Source of the DNA: the human T2T-CHM13v2.0 reference genome, Homo sapiens
Length of the DNA stretch: 64,000 nt
Strand: one strand, 5' to 3'
Assembly (NCBI RefSeq): GCF_009914755.1
Contig: NC_060943.1
Shown here one piece after another: positions 31,717-44,142 of the stretch; the stretch's first letter is position 1; each line of letters starts with the position of its first letter. Made by a program: the position numbers and the translations under genes. Under the pieces are notes generated by a model. It was not told where the DNA came from. It saw only the letters and a program-made list of their open reading frames with translations, and searched no databases.

Positions 31717-32610
31717 CACTCCCTGTCCTAGTCGGTCTATCTGGACTTGCCCTTGTCTGTTCGTGGTCCTCGGTGGTTATCTGCAGCTTGTTAATCGTGT
31801 AAAGTCAAGAGAAGAATGTATACACATATGTGTGTTGAATAATTACTATTGGCATAGGTATGTGTATACACACGGTGCACCAATCTACAGTATATATAGC
31901 AGAGAATCAGAGGCTAAAAATATTACCCCATATGTTCCAGTATTAGTCATGGATTGCAAAGGCTTAGTAACTTGAGCAGGAGAGAAAACTCCCTCAAAGT
32001 CATAAATCCTGAGTGACAACTGCTGCTGGATGACAGATCCCTTCACCTGTGGACAACCTGGCTGGGGGTGGGGGGCTGTTCCACCAGCTCACCTGAGCAT
32101 GTAGAGGTGGGTCCTGCAGTGGTCTCGTGGGTATTACTGCTTGTGTCTGATTGTCCTGTATTTTGTAACACTTTAGAAGAATACAGAAAAGTGCAGTAAT
32201 TCTCTTTCTCCATAGTATTTAAGCAGAAATATTGCTAGTTTAATATTGTGTCAGGTCGTCCTATTAACCAGGAGCAGATGACAGTAAAATTTCAGTGAAT
32301 AGCACCTTGACATCTACAACTTAAAAATGGTGATTGAAGCAAAATATGTAAACTTGTACGGGGTGATCGTGTGCTTTGGAACAGAGTATTGTTGAAGTAA
32401 TTAGAAGATATATTAAGGTGTTCCTGGTAATGAAGGCATGTAAGTTATAATAATTGTAGCTTTCTGAATAAGTGTCAAACTATATCTTTAAGTGTGCTGT
32501 ATGCTGAGTTACAAGTTAGGTCATTTATGAATGGAATGTAAAATAATACTAAAAATGCTTCAATAACTTATCTTGGTATTGCTAATAAAAAAAAAAAGCT
32601 GTGAAACATT
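31717..32610 (+). other. ZNF536: ZNF536 3'UTR
   Basis: Repeat-free AU/UGUA-rich sequence between the stop codon and AATAAA at 32584. End coordinate is approximate. Confidence 0.8.
32584..32589 (+). terminator. Poly(A) signal AATAAA
   Basis: Canonical hexamer with upstream UGUA motifs and U/GU-rich sequence downstream. Runs into a genomic A11 tract. Confidence 0.75.
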
Positions 32611-34777
32611 AGTGCAGTTTGGAGTCATTATGTTAATTCATTCCGCAACATCCCCCTCACCCCGACATTCTTCTCACTGTTGGAAGCCTCAACAGGACAT
32701 TCAGGGAATGCCATTGACCCTGCTTCTTGGGCTGTTTGCCGGGGCAGATCATTGCATTTTTCTATCCACTCTTAGGTGGGCCCTGTGAGTAACAATTCAT
32801 AAACATGCAAGTGGAAAAGGACCTTCCAATTTGGGTGGATGACTGTGGGGGGTGGGGGAGAGCCAGGCGACACGGGCCCGTTTCTCTGTACAAGTGACTT
32901 TTAGGTGTCTAGACCCCACAACCGCCCAGAGGAACTGTGGCTGGGGTGGTGGGGGTGGAGGGTACTTGGGCACGGAGTATGCCGGCCATCATGCCCCATC
33001 CCAGATGTGGAAACGCTGACACCCAGCCTCCCTTCAGCAAATCTGAACATGTTCTTTTCATCCTGCGAAGGGGTAGTTTGTAATGAAGAGACTCAGGATT
33101 CGCGGAGGTGGGAATCTTTATGTTCTGCTGACCTTTTCGGACTGTACTTGTGTTTGCTGTAACAGGCTTTTGCCTGTTGTTCCACTTTGCCTCCTGGTGG
33201 GGAGAGAGGTGTGGGAAGAACCGATTTTGCTTTTTGCTTGTGTTGCTTGGTTTTGTGGTCCGTGAGCTGGACTTGAGGGTCCTGCCATTTCAACGGTGTT
33301 TCCAAGCTTCTTTGCTTGGATGTGTTTTGTAAATTTCTAAATTCAATGACCATCCCTGAGCCCTTGTCTAACTGGTCCTTTTGGGGGACTGGGGGTAGGA
33401 CACAATCTCATAGGACACAATCTCAAGCTCCAAGTCCGTTCTTCACAACCCCAAATAAATAAAGTGTCCTCTGTGTAACAAGGGAATGGAAACCCAGAAA
33501 TGCTCATTGAACAACCCTGGCCTCCGCAACAGGACAATTGCATCACCCTAGCTGGTTGAAACATTTCTTCCGGTATTTCTCATAAAACCTTTTCAAGTGA
33601 CTCTGACTCCAAAGACCACAGTATGGCATTAGGTTGTCTTTTATTTTGGGAAAGAGGTAAAAAGTGAGAGATTCGGAGTCTGAGAAGACACGATAAAAGC
33701 TTCAAAGAGAAAATGTCGATTGTGAAGAAGGTTGTCAGATTTCCTGGTGGTCAGTGCCCACGACTGCTGCCTGATTCCCTTCATATGAAGCTGGGAGCAC
33801 ATACCATGGGTTCCTTTGGAAACTGTGATGGATCCCTAAATGCCTAGCAAAGGTAAAGTGAATGACCCTAACCTCCAGGCCCCAGGTCTGTGTGGCCACA
33901 TTTAGGCAGGGCCAGTTTCCACTGCCAGTGTATATAGGCCAAGCCTGTACAAGAAGTAGGGCCCCAGGAGAGGTTTTTCTTTATTTGCAATGTCCCCTGA
34001 GTCTAAGGACCTGCCCCAAGGGGAATGGGGTGCACATCGAGGGAAAAATTCCTCCAAGCCTTTTTCTCGGGGCCTCTGTCCAGGGCTGAGCACACTGTTC
34101 CTGGCGTTGCCGGTCATGTACACCCCGCTGCCCACTTCCTGCAAACCTGGGGCACCATAGCACCTGTGGGTTTTGCCAGTCCTCCTGGGATGGGGCCCAG
34201 AGGGGTATAGATGGCATGTGGGGGGCTGGGCTTTGGAGGCAGAGGGAGTGCAAAGCCAGTGAGGGAGAGGCTGCTGAAGGGAACGGATCTTCCCAGCCCT
34301 TTGCATTGACAGCCTGGAAGGCTCCCTGGAGCCGTGTATTCAGGCGTCTGCTGTTCTCTCTTCCTTTCCATGGGGGCCCAATCCCCCTAACGGGATCTCC
34401 AAGCTGGAAGACTCGGAAGCATTTCCGTTTCTAAAGCAGGGGGTATTTCCTGAGTTGCTCCCCGGTGGAAACTTCTCAAGCTTAGAGGGGGCCTTTGTGG
34501 ATTCTCATTCTCCTGCTTTTATGAAGCCAGCTCCGTCCTGCTCCCCATCTTCTCATTTCAGGGCACTCACGCCGTACACTCCCCCTGCTTCCCATCCACC
34601 TCCTCCTCATCATCCCCATCCCTGGTTAACAACTTCCTTCTCAACAGTTGCGTGTTCTTGGGAATATCCCGTCTTCTGCCTGCCGGGGAGCTGGGTGGAT
34701 TCAGTTCTGTGGAATGAGCCAACTTCATTTTACAGCTCTGCAAGGGGGTCAGGAATTCTGTTTCCTGTGTGTTCCTT

Positions 34778-35026
34778 CCCCCTAAGCCACCTTCCATCCC
34801 CAAGTGGGATTATAACAAGCCCACCATCCCCATATACCACCATCCATCCCCACATGGGAATATAACAAGCCCACCTCCCCCATAAACCATCATCCATCCC
34901 TACGTGGATATATAACAAGCCCACCTCCCCTGTAAACCACCATCCATCCCCATGTGGAAATATAACAAGCCCACCTTCCCCCAAGCCACCACCCATCCAC
35001 ATGTGGGATTATAACAAACCCCACCT
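34778..35026. repeat. Minisatellite, 50-bp unit, about 5 copies
   Basis: TATAACAAGCCCACC recurs at 34811, 34861, 34911, 34961 and as a variant at 35010. Confidence 0.95.
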
Positions 35027-36009
35027 GTTTGAATTCAGACCTGAAGCAAATGTAAACATCATCCATTGGATCTACCCTCAGCCTGAGACCTGGACCCTTC
35101 CTAACACGAACACCCTGGTCTGGATAAGAGACCACCCCCCCGCCCCATTGTATATGGAGCAGAGTTCCAAGGAGACATCTGTGACTTAAGATGAGAGAGG
35201 CCAAGGAAGGGCAGAGTGCCTTGCAGTAAGAGAGTCTTCAGATCCACTTTTCTATTTACACATGTTCGGAAGTGTGTTTGCTTTGATGAGATTGTAGATA
35301 TTCTGGTTGGAGAAAAAGAATCTAAATGTTGGGAGATGATTATTCCATAAGTATAGTCACTTTTTCTCAAAGAAACTTCGCGATGATTAAATTACATCCC
35401 CAAATCGGCAGCAGTGCATTGGCAATATTGTCTCTGCGTAAGCAGATTCTGCCTCTGGAGCAAGGGATGCGCATTTTCAAGGTTAAAGTTGGGGAACTCT
35501 GCACAGCTATTTCATTAGCAAAAATAGCCATTTGTGCATCCAGACATTGGCTGGCTTCACGAGGGGTTTGTCTTTCATGTTCTTTGTGGAGTTGTCCAGA
35601 CACACCCATCTAATGGTAACTCACTGCTCACAAGGTTAAGTTTTCTTTTTGAACTTCTGTTGTTGTCAAATTAACATAATATGCTCTCAATTATCCACAT
35701 AAAAGGAGAAAGGCAACCAAGCGGGGAAAGCAAATTTGCAATTAATTTACCAAATTATTGCTCTTTTTATATGATGGACAAGTTGCTTTTTTCTTGAGTT
35801 GGGATTTGTCTCTACTGGGAAGAGAGCTGGGGTTGACCACGAGGACAGGCCACTCCAAGGTGTGCCCTGCACCTGGGGAAGGGCTGAAGGTGGTTTTGCT
35901 GAGGTGCACAGTGGCCCCAGTGGATAATTAGGGACTCACACTAGGATTAGCTCTTTCTTGTCAAGTAGAGGGGTCGTTAGTCCTCTCAATCCCCTAAGAC
36001 TTCCTTGGT

Positions 36010-36440
36010 GACCTAGTTGGGTCTCCCTAGAGCAGATCCTGAGGTAAGGACCTGGATGCAGGCAGTAGATATGGGAGGTGACCCAGGAAGCATGAGTGAG
36101 GGAGCAGGGAAGGGAGACAGAGAAGGCAGGTAAATCAACAAGCACAGGTGCACTCATGAGAGGGTCAGTACTGCAGGACCATGGGGGCTCAGCCCCTTTG
36201 GGGGTCCTCTAAGGTACTATGTGGAGCTCCTCTTGGAACAGTCTCTTCAAGGATTGAAGGAGCCGGGGTATTTACACACCAGCTTTTCCTCTCCCAGCAG
36301 CTGAGGGTCCCTCCAGCCCACCTGATGGCCAACCATTCTTCCCATAGTGAGAGAAAGCCCTCAGGCAGAATGAAGCAAGAGGCCATTGGTATTGCCAGAT
36401 AATCAGATAATCAGAAGGGAAGGAATGAGGAACCAACAGT
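36010..36440. mobile_element. LTR16-like ERVL LTR fragment
   Basis: gagcagatcctgaggtaagga...tgggaggtgacccaggaagca...gggaagggagacag. Confidence 0.45.
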
Positions 36441-38739
36441 ATCTGCTTCAAGTGAGAACACCCTCTTGGGTACCCAGTAGAAAGTCGCAGACCTACCAGA
36501 GCCACAGATGAGAACAGATGTGCAGGTCATGGCTCCTGTGGAGAGGGAAGTGCATGGCCTCTCAGCTTAGGGGCCAGGTTACTGGAGGAAAGACTGGCGG
36601 GCTGGTCTGGGGGAGACCTTGAAGCAATCATGTTCCAAGGAGCTTAGATAACTCACGTGTCCTCTTTGGGCACCATTTTCCTCTCAGCCAAAGGAGGGAG
36701 CATTCCAGATGTCTGCTCCGGACCCTCTTAGGTCTTAAACTCTATAGTCTCCACCACCCTTTTCCAGTCCTCACTTTTCAGATGACTCCTCCGGACCCTG
36801 TCAGTCCTGGAGTCCCCATACCAGTAGGGCCCCTGGGATATGTTCTGGTTTCCCACAAGCATAAGAGCATGCAGGCTTTCTATTTGGGCAAGGCCATCTG
36901 CCATTCCAGTGCACGGGCATATGAAACTTGCCTTATCCTGAAGATATTTCTGTTAAATTAGAAGAAGACCATTGAGGATTTTCTTTTAATTGTGGAAGTC
37001 TGTTAAAATAGCAAAAGAAAAGAAAAGAAAGGAGATCAATGAAACTGGATTTTCAGCTCATGGAAATGCAAGAAAAACCTGATTATCTGACTTTTTTCTC
37101 TTTTATTTTTCAACCTGTCGAGCTCACAGTTGAGCTTGAGAAGACTGTATTTTTTATGATGATCAGGTTATCTTTGAGTGCTTTACAGATACCAGTGTGT
37201 GAATCCAGGAGTTCCCTTTTGGATAAAAGTGCCTCCTGCTTTCTTTCAATACATGTATCCATCACACTTAGAGGGTGGGAACCCAGGCACCGAGAGATAC
37301 GGGCTCAGGCTCTCATCTTGCACTCACGGGGCACGGAAGCAGTTCACATTCACTTCCTTCTGTGCCTGTGACCATCCCACTTTTCCATCCTGAGAATTCC
37401 CTTGGTCACTCAAAATCACTCTGAGCTTGCAAGCCCGGGGTAGTTTGGAACAGTATGCTCTGTCTCTACATGGGAAAGCTTTTTGCTTTCAATTGGATAT
37501 CTTGTCATAGGCATTTCTTAATCCAATTGCCTCAGTGTTATCACCCATCAAATGAGGCACTCGTGTATCCCTTAAGAGAATAAAGTGAATATGAAGAACT
37601 TGGAGGTTGTCGAGTCACCCTCATTTCAATTATTTTAGGCTTTCTGCAGCCATGTAGGCTCCAGGCAGAGCTTCGATGAAGACCGAGAACCCGCTAAAAC
37701 CCCGCTGAGTGGCTGGAGAATCTGGGCAGGTTATTATAAATCATGGTGCCCCACCCTCATCCTTGCCAATTTGTACTCACCGCTGGAAGGTCTCTTTCTG
37801 GATGGCCCATCTGGGATTCTTCCCATCCCTGGGGTGAACACATCTGGAGGTCTGTTGGGGAACCTATATGATAATTCAACAAGCCCATTCTTGCGATGGA
37901 CAGACACACCCCCATTGGCTCCAACTGAGCTGTTTTCACTGTTTTCTAGTGGTAAAAAGTATTTACCATTAGGAAATTTTTAAAAATCATCTCTCGTGGC
38001 CAATCGGTGGCCCAGATTCTTGTATCAGTGGTTTTTGGGTTTCATTAAGACTTTGGGCTCTAGAACTGTCCTTTCTAAATGATACCCAGTAATTTAATTT
38101 TAAATCACAAAGGGAATGTTCTTGAAGCCTTTGAGGTAAATGCCGCTGCAAAGTGAATGATCACCTCTAATTTGCACAGGTTAAACACCTGGATGTCATG
38201 TTGGGGTGGTTTTGTGAAGTTCCCAGTTTTCTTTCGTGACAGTGGGTTTTGCAACAGGAGCTGTTGTGTGAGGTGGGTGATGGGACTGGGGTTTGCCAGG
38301 CAGGCTGACCTCACATCCCAGAAGACACAGGAGGGAGAGGTGCTGGGCGTGACGGATGCTCTAGTGGTGGGAAGAGGGATTCCTAAGGGCCCCTTGCCCA
38401 GCCTGACAACCCCTGCGGATGAGCCCAAGGACAGGCTGGGGCACACAGGCCTGGAACCTCCAGATGGACACACACAATTCCCACTATGTCAAGGTGTCTC
38501 TGGGATGGGACAGCAGGGAGGCCTAGCCCCAGGGGCCTGGGATGGGGGGACCAAGGGAGAGGGAGAGTGCCACAGAGGACCCAAGGGCTAAGGGGACCAG
38601 AAAACAAGAGGGGGTGAATGGCTGAAAGGAAGAGAAATGCATGAAGATAGAGGGAGAGAAGTGCAAATGCAGTTCAAAGAGAAGAAGGAGGAGGATTAAA
38701 GAGAACCTGGAGACCTGGGAAGATAAAATTAAATGAAAG

Positions 38740-38862
38740 AGTCGGGTGTGTTGGCACATGCCTGTGCTCCCAGCTACTCAGGAGGCTGAGGCAGGAGGAT
38801 CACTTGAGCCCAGGAGGTGGAGGCCAGACTGGGCAACAGAGCAAGATCTAAAAAAAAGAAAA
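38740..38862 (+). mobile_element. Alu right-arm fragment with internal deletion
   Basis: cccagctactcaggaggctgaggcaggaggatcacttgagcccagg...ctgggcaacagagcaaga plus A tail. Confidence 0.8.
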
Positions 38863-40112
38863 AAGGAAAGGAGAAGGTAAGAGAGAAAACAAGTAAGAAG
38901 AGAGTAGAAGAGAAATGGTGGAGGTTGCATCTGGAGGAGAGGAAAGAGTGGAAGAAATGGGTAAAGAGGAGAGAGAGAGAGAAGGCCAGCAGAAATGAAA
39001 GGATCCTGGCAGGGAACCTTTTCCGAAGCCTCCTGGGGCTGTAGGTGCCCAGGCTGATGGGATGGGCCATCCCACTGCTGGTGGTCCTGGTGGTCAGGCT
39101 GGGGAGAAGGGTGCTCAGTGGCTGTGGGTAGGGATGTTGGGGAGGCTTCGAGGGTCAGGGAGACCCCCAAGCGCAGCCCCTGGCGCTCGGGCTGGAGCTC
39201 CAGCAGTGCCTCCTCCCGCTTGCTCCACTCCCACCGCCAGTTTCAGGAGGAAATGCTGCAGCTTAATCAGAATTATTTACAAGATAATGGTCCATTGTTT
39301 GCACTGAGACAGATGTTGTCTGTGGGAACTTTGTGTTTTATGCTCTTTTCCCTGCTCTGCCTTCACTGGGTGCAGATGGGATGGAAGTAATGTGAGTTAT
39401 GACTCCAAGGATTGGAAACGGGGAGATGCTCCACTCCTGCCTGGGCTCGGCGGGGCCACAGAGCTGGGCTGGCACCTGGTAGGCAGGGGTGGAGAACAGC
39501 CACTGTGGCTGCAGGGCTGTGATTAAGAAGGTCTTATTTCCTAGAGGGGCGGGTCCGTGCCATCGCCTTGTCCGGGAAGAACTCTGATTAAGATGCACTT
39601 CTGTTTGTTGCGTTGAGAGGTCACCGTTGACATCTCAAACGAGGGTGACCATCTGCTCCTCTTTTTGCCAAAAGGAAAGCTCAACCCCTCTGGGGTGGGG
39701 AATGTGTAGACCCCTTTCCTTTTTTTTTTTTTTTTAACTTATCAGAGAGCTTCTTCTTGGTCTTCTGGAGTCAGTTAGGAAGCCAAATCTGGGCTTGTGA
39801 CTGCCTGCCCTGCTTCTTCAAGGGTAAGGTCAGCTGAGTGAATGACGGCTCCATCTACTTACCCGGGGAGAGAGCATGTTGCAGAGGAGGAAAGATGGGG
39901 TGATCTGGGGAGACTTGGCCTGCTACCGGACTTGTTCCGAGCCTTGCCCCGGTGGGGGCCCACCCTCCTGTGAAGCCCGCAGGTCTGCCAGGCCTTCAGC
40001 ACTTCTGGACCCCAGCCACTTCTGCGTAACCAGAAACCCTCTGTCATTATCAGAACCCATTTTATGAATGAGGAAACTGAGGCCAAGAGATGCTAGATGG
40101 CTTGCCCACAGT

Positions 40113-40276
40113 CTTTTTTCTTTTTCTTTTTAAATTTTTGTTTTTATATCATTGCATGTGGTGAAGTTTGGACTTTTAGTGTACCCGTCACCTGAATAGT
40201 GAACGCTGTACACAACAGGTGATTTTTAAACCCTCACCCCCTCCCACATCCCCACCTTCTGTCATCTCCAATGCCT
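40113..40276 (-). mobile_element. L1 (L1MA/L1PB-like) 3'-end fragment next to a MIR piece (about 40050-40110)
   Basis: tggtgaagtttggacttttagtgtacccgtcacctgaatagtgaac. Confidence 0.65.
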
Positions 40277-41152
40277 GCTGTCTGCTCTTGCTGTCATTTT
40301 CTACTCTTCCAGCGCCTCAGGTTATGACCTTCCCACTCCAGGGGGCCCCTCTGAGCCTCAGCTTGGCCAGCTGAACACCAGGAGTGAGGATAGCTGTTGC
40401 AGAGTCAGGGAGGGGAATTCCCTGAGACACACACCTCCAATGCCAAGCACCGAACCTGATAGCCCATCTCACAGATGACAGCAATCAGTGTCATCAACCG
40501 CATCACACCAGTCCTCCAAGACACAGCATTTATAACGTCAGGCTGTGACCACCAACAAACAGAAAAAAACAAAGTAATAAAATATCCCAGGTCACGCTTG
40601 GATGCTAAAATCAAGCAGTCGTGGAATAAAGAAAGTCACTTTCAGGGCAACTATGTAAAATCAGTCGTGGCCTTTGGGCAGCCTAGAGGAGAACTCAGTC
40701 AGCCACGGCTCCTAACCCTGCCCCACACCCTGAGTGTCTATGAGGGGTCACCCAGAAATCAGTTACCACCGGGACGTTTTGTTCCGTTCAAAAACCAGCC
40801 GTGTGGGGGCATCCTGGGTCTGGGGCAGATGACTGTTTCCCCAAAATATCTCCATGCCCAAGGAACAGCTCCCTTTATCCCAGCAGCAGGATCTGGTCCT
40901 CCGAACTCACCCACTAACCTTCCAAGCAAAGTTGTAAATAATAAAGACTTCCTCTGTGGCAAGTCCTGTTCTAAGCTCTGTACAGATGAGAGTACAAATT
41001 AGCTTCTTACATTTCATCCTCATGAAAACCCAAGGATGTGGATGGAGTATTTATTATTCTCATTTTAAGTATGGGGAAACTGAGGCACCGAGCAGCATCT
41101 TGTCACACCTAAGATCACTCGCATGTAAACAACGGGGCTGAGATTCAGAGCT

Positions 41153-41636
41153 GGACAGTGGAGGTCCCTGGGAGTGGCCTCTCCGGGCAGTGGGGGGATC
41201 CCTGCCTGTGGCCTCTCCGGACAGTGGAAGTCCCTGTATGTGGCCCCTCTGGACAGTGGAGGTCCCTGTGTGTGGCCTTTCCGGACAGTGGAGGTTCCTG
41301 GGAGTGGCCTCTCCGGGCAGTGGAGGGATCCCTGCCTGTGGCCTCTCCGGACAGTGGAGGTCCCCACATGTGGCCTCTCCGGGTAGTGGGGGTCCCTGCA
41401 TGTGGCCTCTTTGGGTAGTGGAAGTCCCCGGGAGTGGCTTGTCCAGGTAGTGAGGGTCCCCGCATGTGGCCTCTCTGGGCAGTGGAGGGATCCCTGCCTG
41501 TGGCCTTTCCATGCAGTGGAGGTCCCTGTGTGTGGCCTCTCTGGGTAGTGGCGGTCCCCGCGTGTGGCCTCTCCGGGTAGTGGCGGTTCCTGGGAGTGGC
41601 TTCTCTGGGCAGTGGAGGTCCCTGGGAGTGGCCACT
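41153..41636. repeat. GC-rich minisatellite, 15 units of 32/34 bp (consensus GGRYAGTGGAGGTCCCTGNNWGTGGCCTCTCC)
   Basis: Units counted by eye from 41153, 41185, 41219, 41251, 41283 ... 41607. Confidence 0.97.
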
Positions 41637-44107
41637 CAGCTGCCTCACCTTGCGGGTGCTTTTCTGTGCCTTTAATACACATTTGAGATGCGTCAAAAAT
41701 AAAGAAACCAACCAAAAGTACATAACAACAGCCAGTTCCTGCCAGCCCGCCAGGCTCATGTCAGGAGAGAATGGGGCATTTCTGAGCCACGATTCTGCGA
41801 TTTGGCGATCCTAACCTGAGACAGGGCCTGGGGAGCACCGTCTTGGAGCGCGTGGGCGGGGCACTGGGTAGGGACCAGGTGTTTGGGTTGTGACCAGAGT
41901 GGCTTTGAACCTGCCACGTGACCCTGAGGAGCTCTCCTCCTATCCCCTCAGTGTCCTCACCTCTCCATAAATGACAAAGTCGCAGTGATAACCCTGAGTC
42001 CTTCCATGTCACAGTCTGTGAATCAGTTCTTTTTAGGGCTATATTTATTCAGTCATTTTCCAGCCTCAGGGAAAAAAAGCAAAAATCTGTCATCTCCCTC
42101 CTTCCCCCGCAGCGAGAGGGCCCCGAGGAAACCTGACCCCCACCTTGCAATTGTTCCCTGAGGTCCAGGTCTGAGGGAGCATAGAGAGTGGGTGGCCCAG
42201 GGCTCCAGCTGCCCCTCCCTGCCCCCAACCGCGACAGCAGCGGAGGTCAGACCAGGATAATATTTATCAACCTTATTCTCATTGTGCCGGACTCTGACCA
42301 AAACCCGGCGTCACTGGAGATCCCAGATTATGTCTTTTAAGGTCCCACAGAGCCGCTTCACATGTGCCCAATTACCTCTGTCAGGCAGGGGGAAGGAGGT
42401 CTCCCTCGGTGGGTGGGATCTGAACTTGAGCTTCCAGAGGTCGATGGCTGGGATCTTAGGCCTTTGAGGCTGTCACTCCCCGATAGCCAGACCTTTTCTG
42501 TTAAAACTGTTTAAATTACAAACCAGTAATAAAAGGATCATATGTGTTTCCCACAGAACAGGTTCTTTAGGGCTATTATGATAATTAAAAACATATGGTG
42601 CCTGTACCAGTCTGAAGGAAACCGCAGATGTACAAATTAGGTATTATATAAGGGTTTTCTGCTTTTGCCCTTTTAGAAACGTCAAGCTGGAGAAGTTTAA
42701 AGAGATAAAAATGGCAATTGTGCAGACAGTAGGTAGCATTTTGGTTTTAGAATCATTAAATACATAAACCCAATTTGGTTTTTAGACTTTTTAGGAATAA
42801 ACAGCTCCTGATATGTGAAGAAGGTGAGGAAAGTACCCAGAGGTTGGGAGTTTCCGGGGGAAGAGGCATCATTTTCCACCTCACGAGACCTTGGATACCA
42901 TGAAATCTTTTGCATTTTCTATGACATTGTTCTGCACAAAGAGGAGTATATTTATTAAATATTGAATTATGTTAAAATTGAATTGATGGGAGCAAAGATG
43001 AGGATTTCTTTACATTAAACTTTTTACTTTTTAAAAGGCAAAGGTGCAAGTATTGATTAGTCTAGAAATAGTCATTTGTTTTAATTTAAAATATGCAATT
43101 GATTTTGAGAAGGTGATAAATACTGCTAATAAAAAAAAAACTCAGGAGGATTTCTATGACTCCCTGTCAATGGTTTTCCAAGGCAGACATACAGGGCAGG
43201 TCCAATCTGCTGAGCTTTTCATTGGAAAGGGACGTCAGCCTGGCTGGGGACACTGGCAATGCCCAGCCATGCTCTGGGGCAGCCGAGATGACAGGCCCTT
43301 AGTTCTGGCACAGTGGGACCCCGGTGATGGGGGCAAAGATTTAGGGCTTTGTCAGTGCATGTCTGGTGCAGAAAAGCAACTGGGCTGCTCTGAAGGGGAA
43401 GGGATGGGCAGCAGGTCACAGGACCATGGTCTTCACCAGCCCTGCCTCTCAGGGCCCCTGCTTTTACTGCTCCTCCTGAAAATAAGTTGGGCCCTCTCTG
43501 AGACAATCCACCTAGAACCAGGATGGTCTTGCCTCATCCTGCATCTTTTCCTTAATGCGATGAGCTGGTAGCTGCATAAGGAAGTTAAATGGAGAACTAA
43601 ATGATGAATCCATAGGAATCAATGAGCAGAGAGGACACACCACATATCCAGAAGCAAAGCCCCTGGAGTGCTCAGATAACCAGAATTTTTCTAAGCCTAG
43701 TGTGCAATTGTTGAAATCCCTAATAATGAGTAGAGATGAATTTTGTTCAACTTTTTTTTTGTGTTGAGGTATATATCACGTAATAAATTTTATGATACCC
43801 TGGTGAGGTTAGAAGACCCCATAGCCATTTTTTGATCATCCTAGCTAGAGGAAAGTCTGGGCTACCCTGGAGATGCATCCATTCTTTGAAATGGGCTCTG
43901 CAGCCGTGTTCTTGGGGGAGGTGTTTGGTTTCTCTCTTCCTCCATTCTCCTTTGCCACACCTTCTTGATGGTACAAGAGGTCTGTCATCCTCCTGTGCCC
44001 TTTCCTGTGGGGGCTATGATGGGACCTACCTTGCCACTCAGTCTCTGGGTTAGGTGAGGAAGCCAACCTCCTCAGGGAGCTTGAGATGGAATCGAAGCCA
44101 GATAAAC

Positions 44108-44111
<4 letters not shown>

Positions 44112-44142
<31 letters not shown>

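Noticed and set aside
41060-41759. Three long overlapping minus-strand ORFs (191-216 aa) with repeating peptides; CRISPR-like periodicity
   Set aside because: These are products of a stop-poor minisatellite. The units are contiguous with no unique spacers, and the DNA is eukaryotic.
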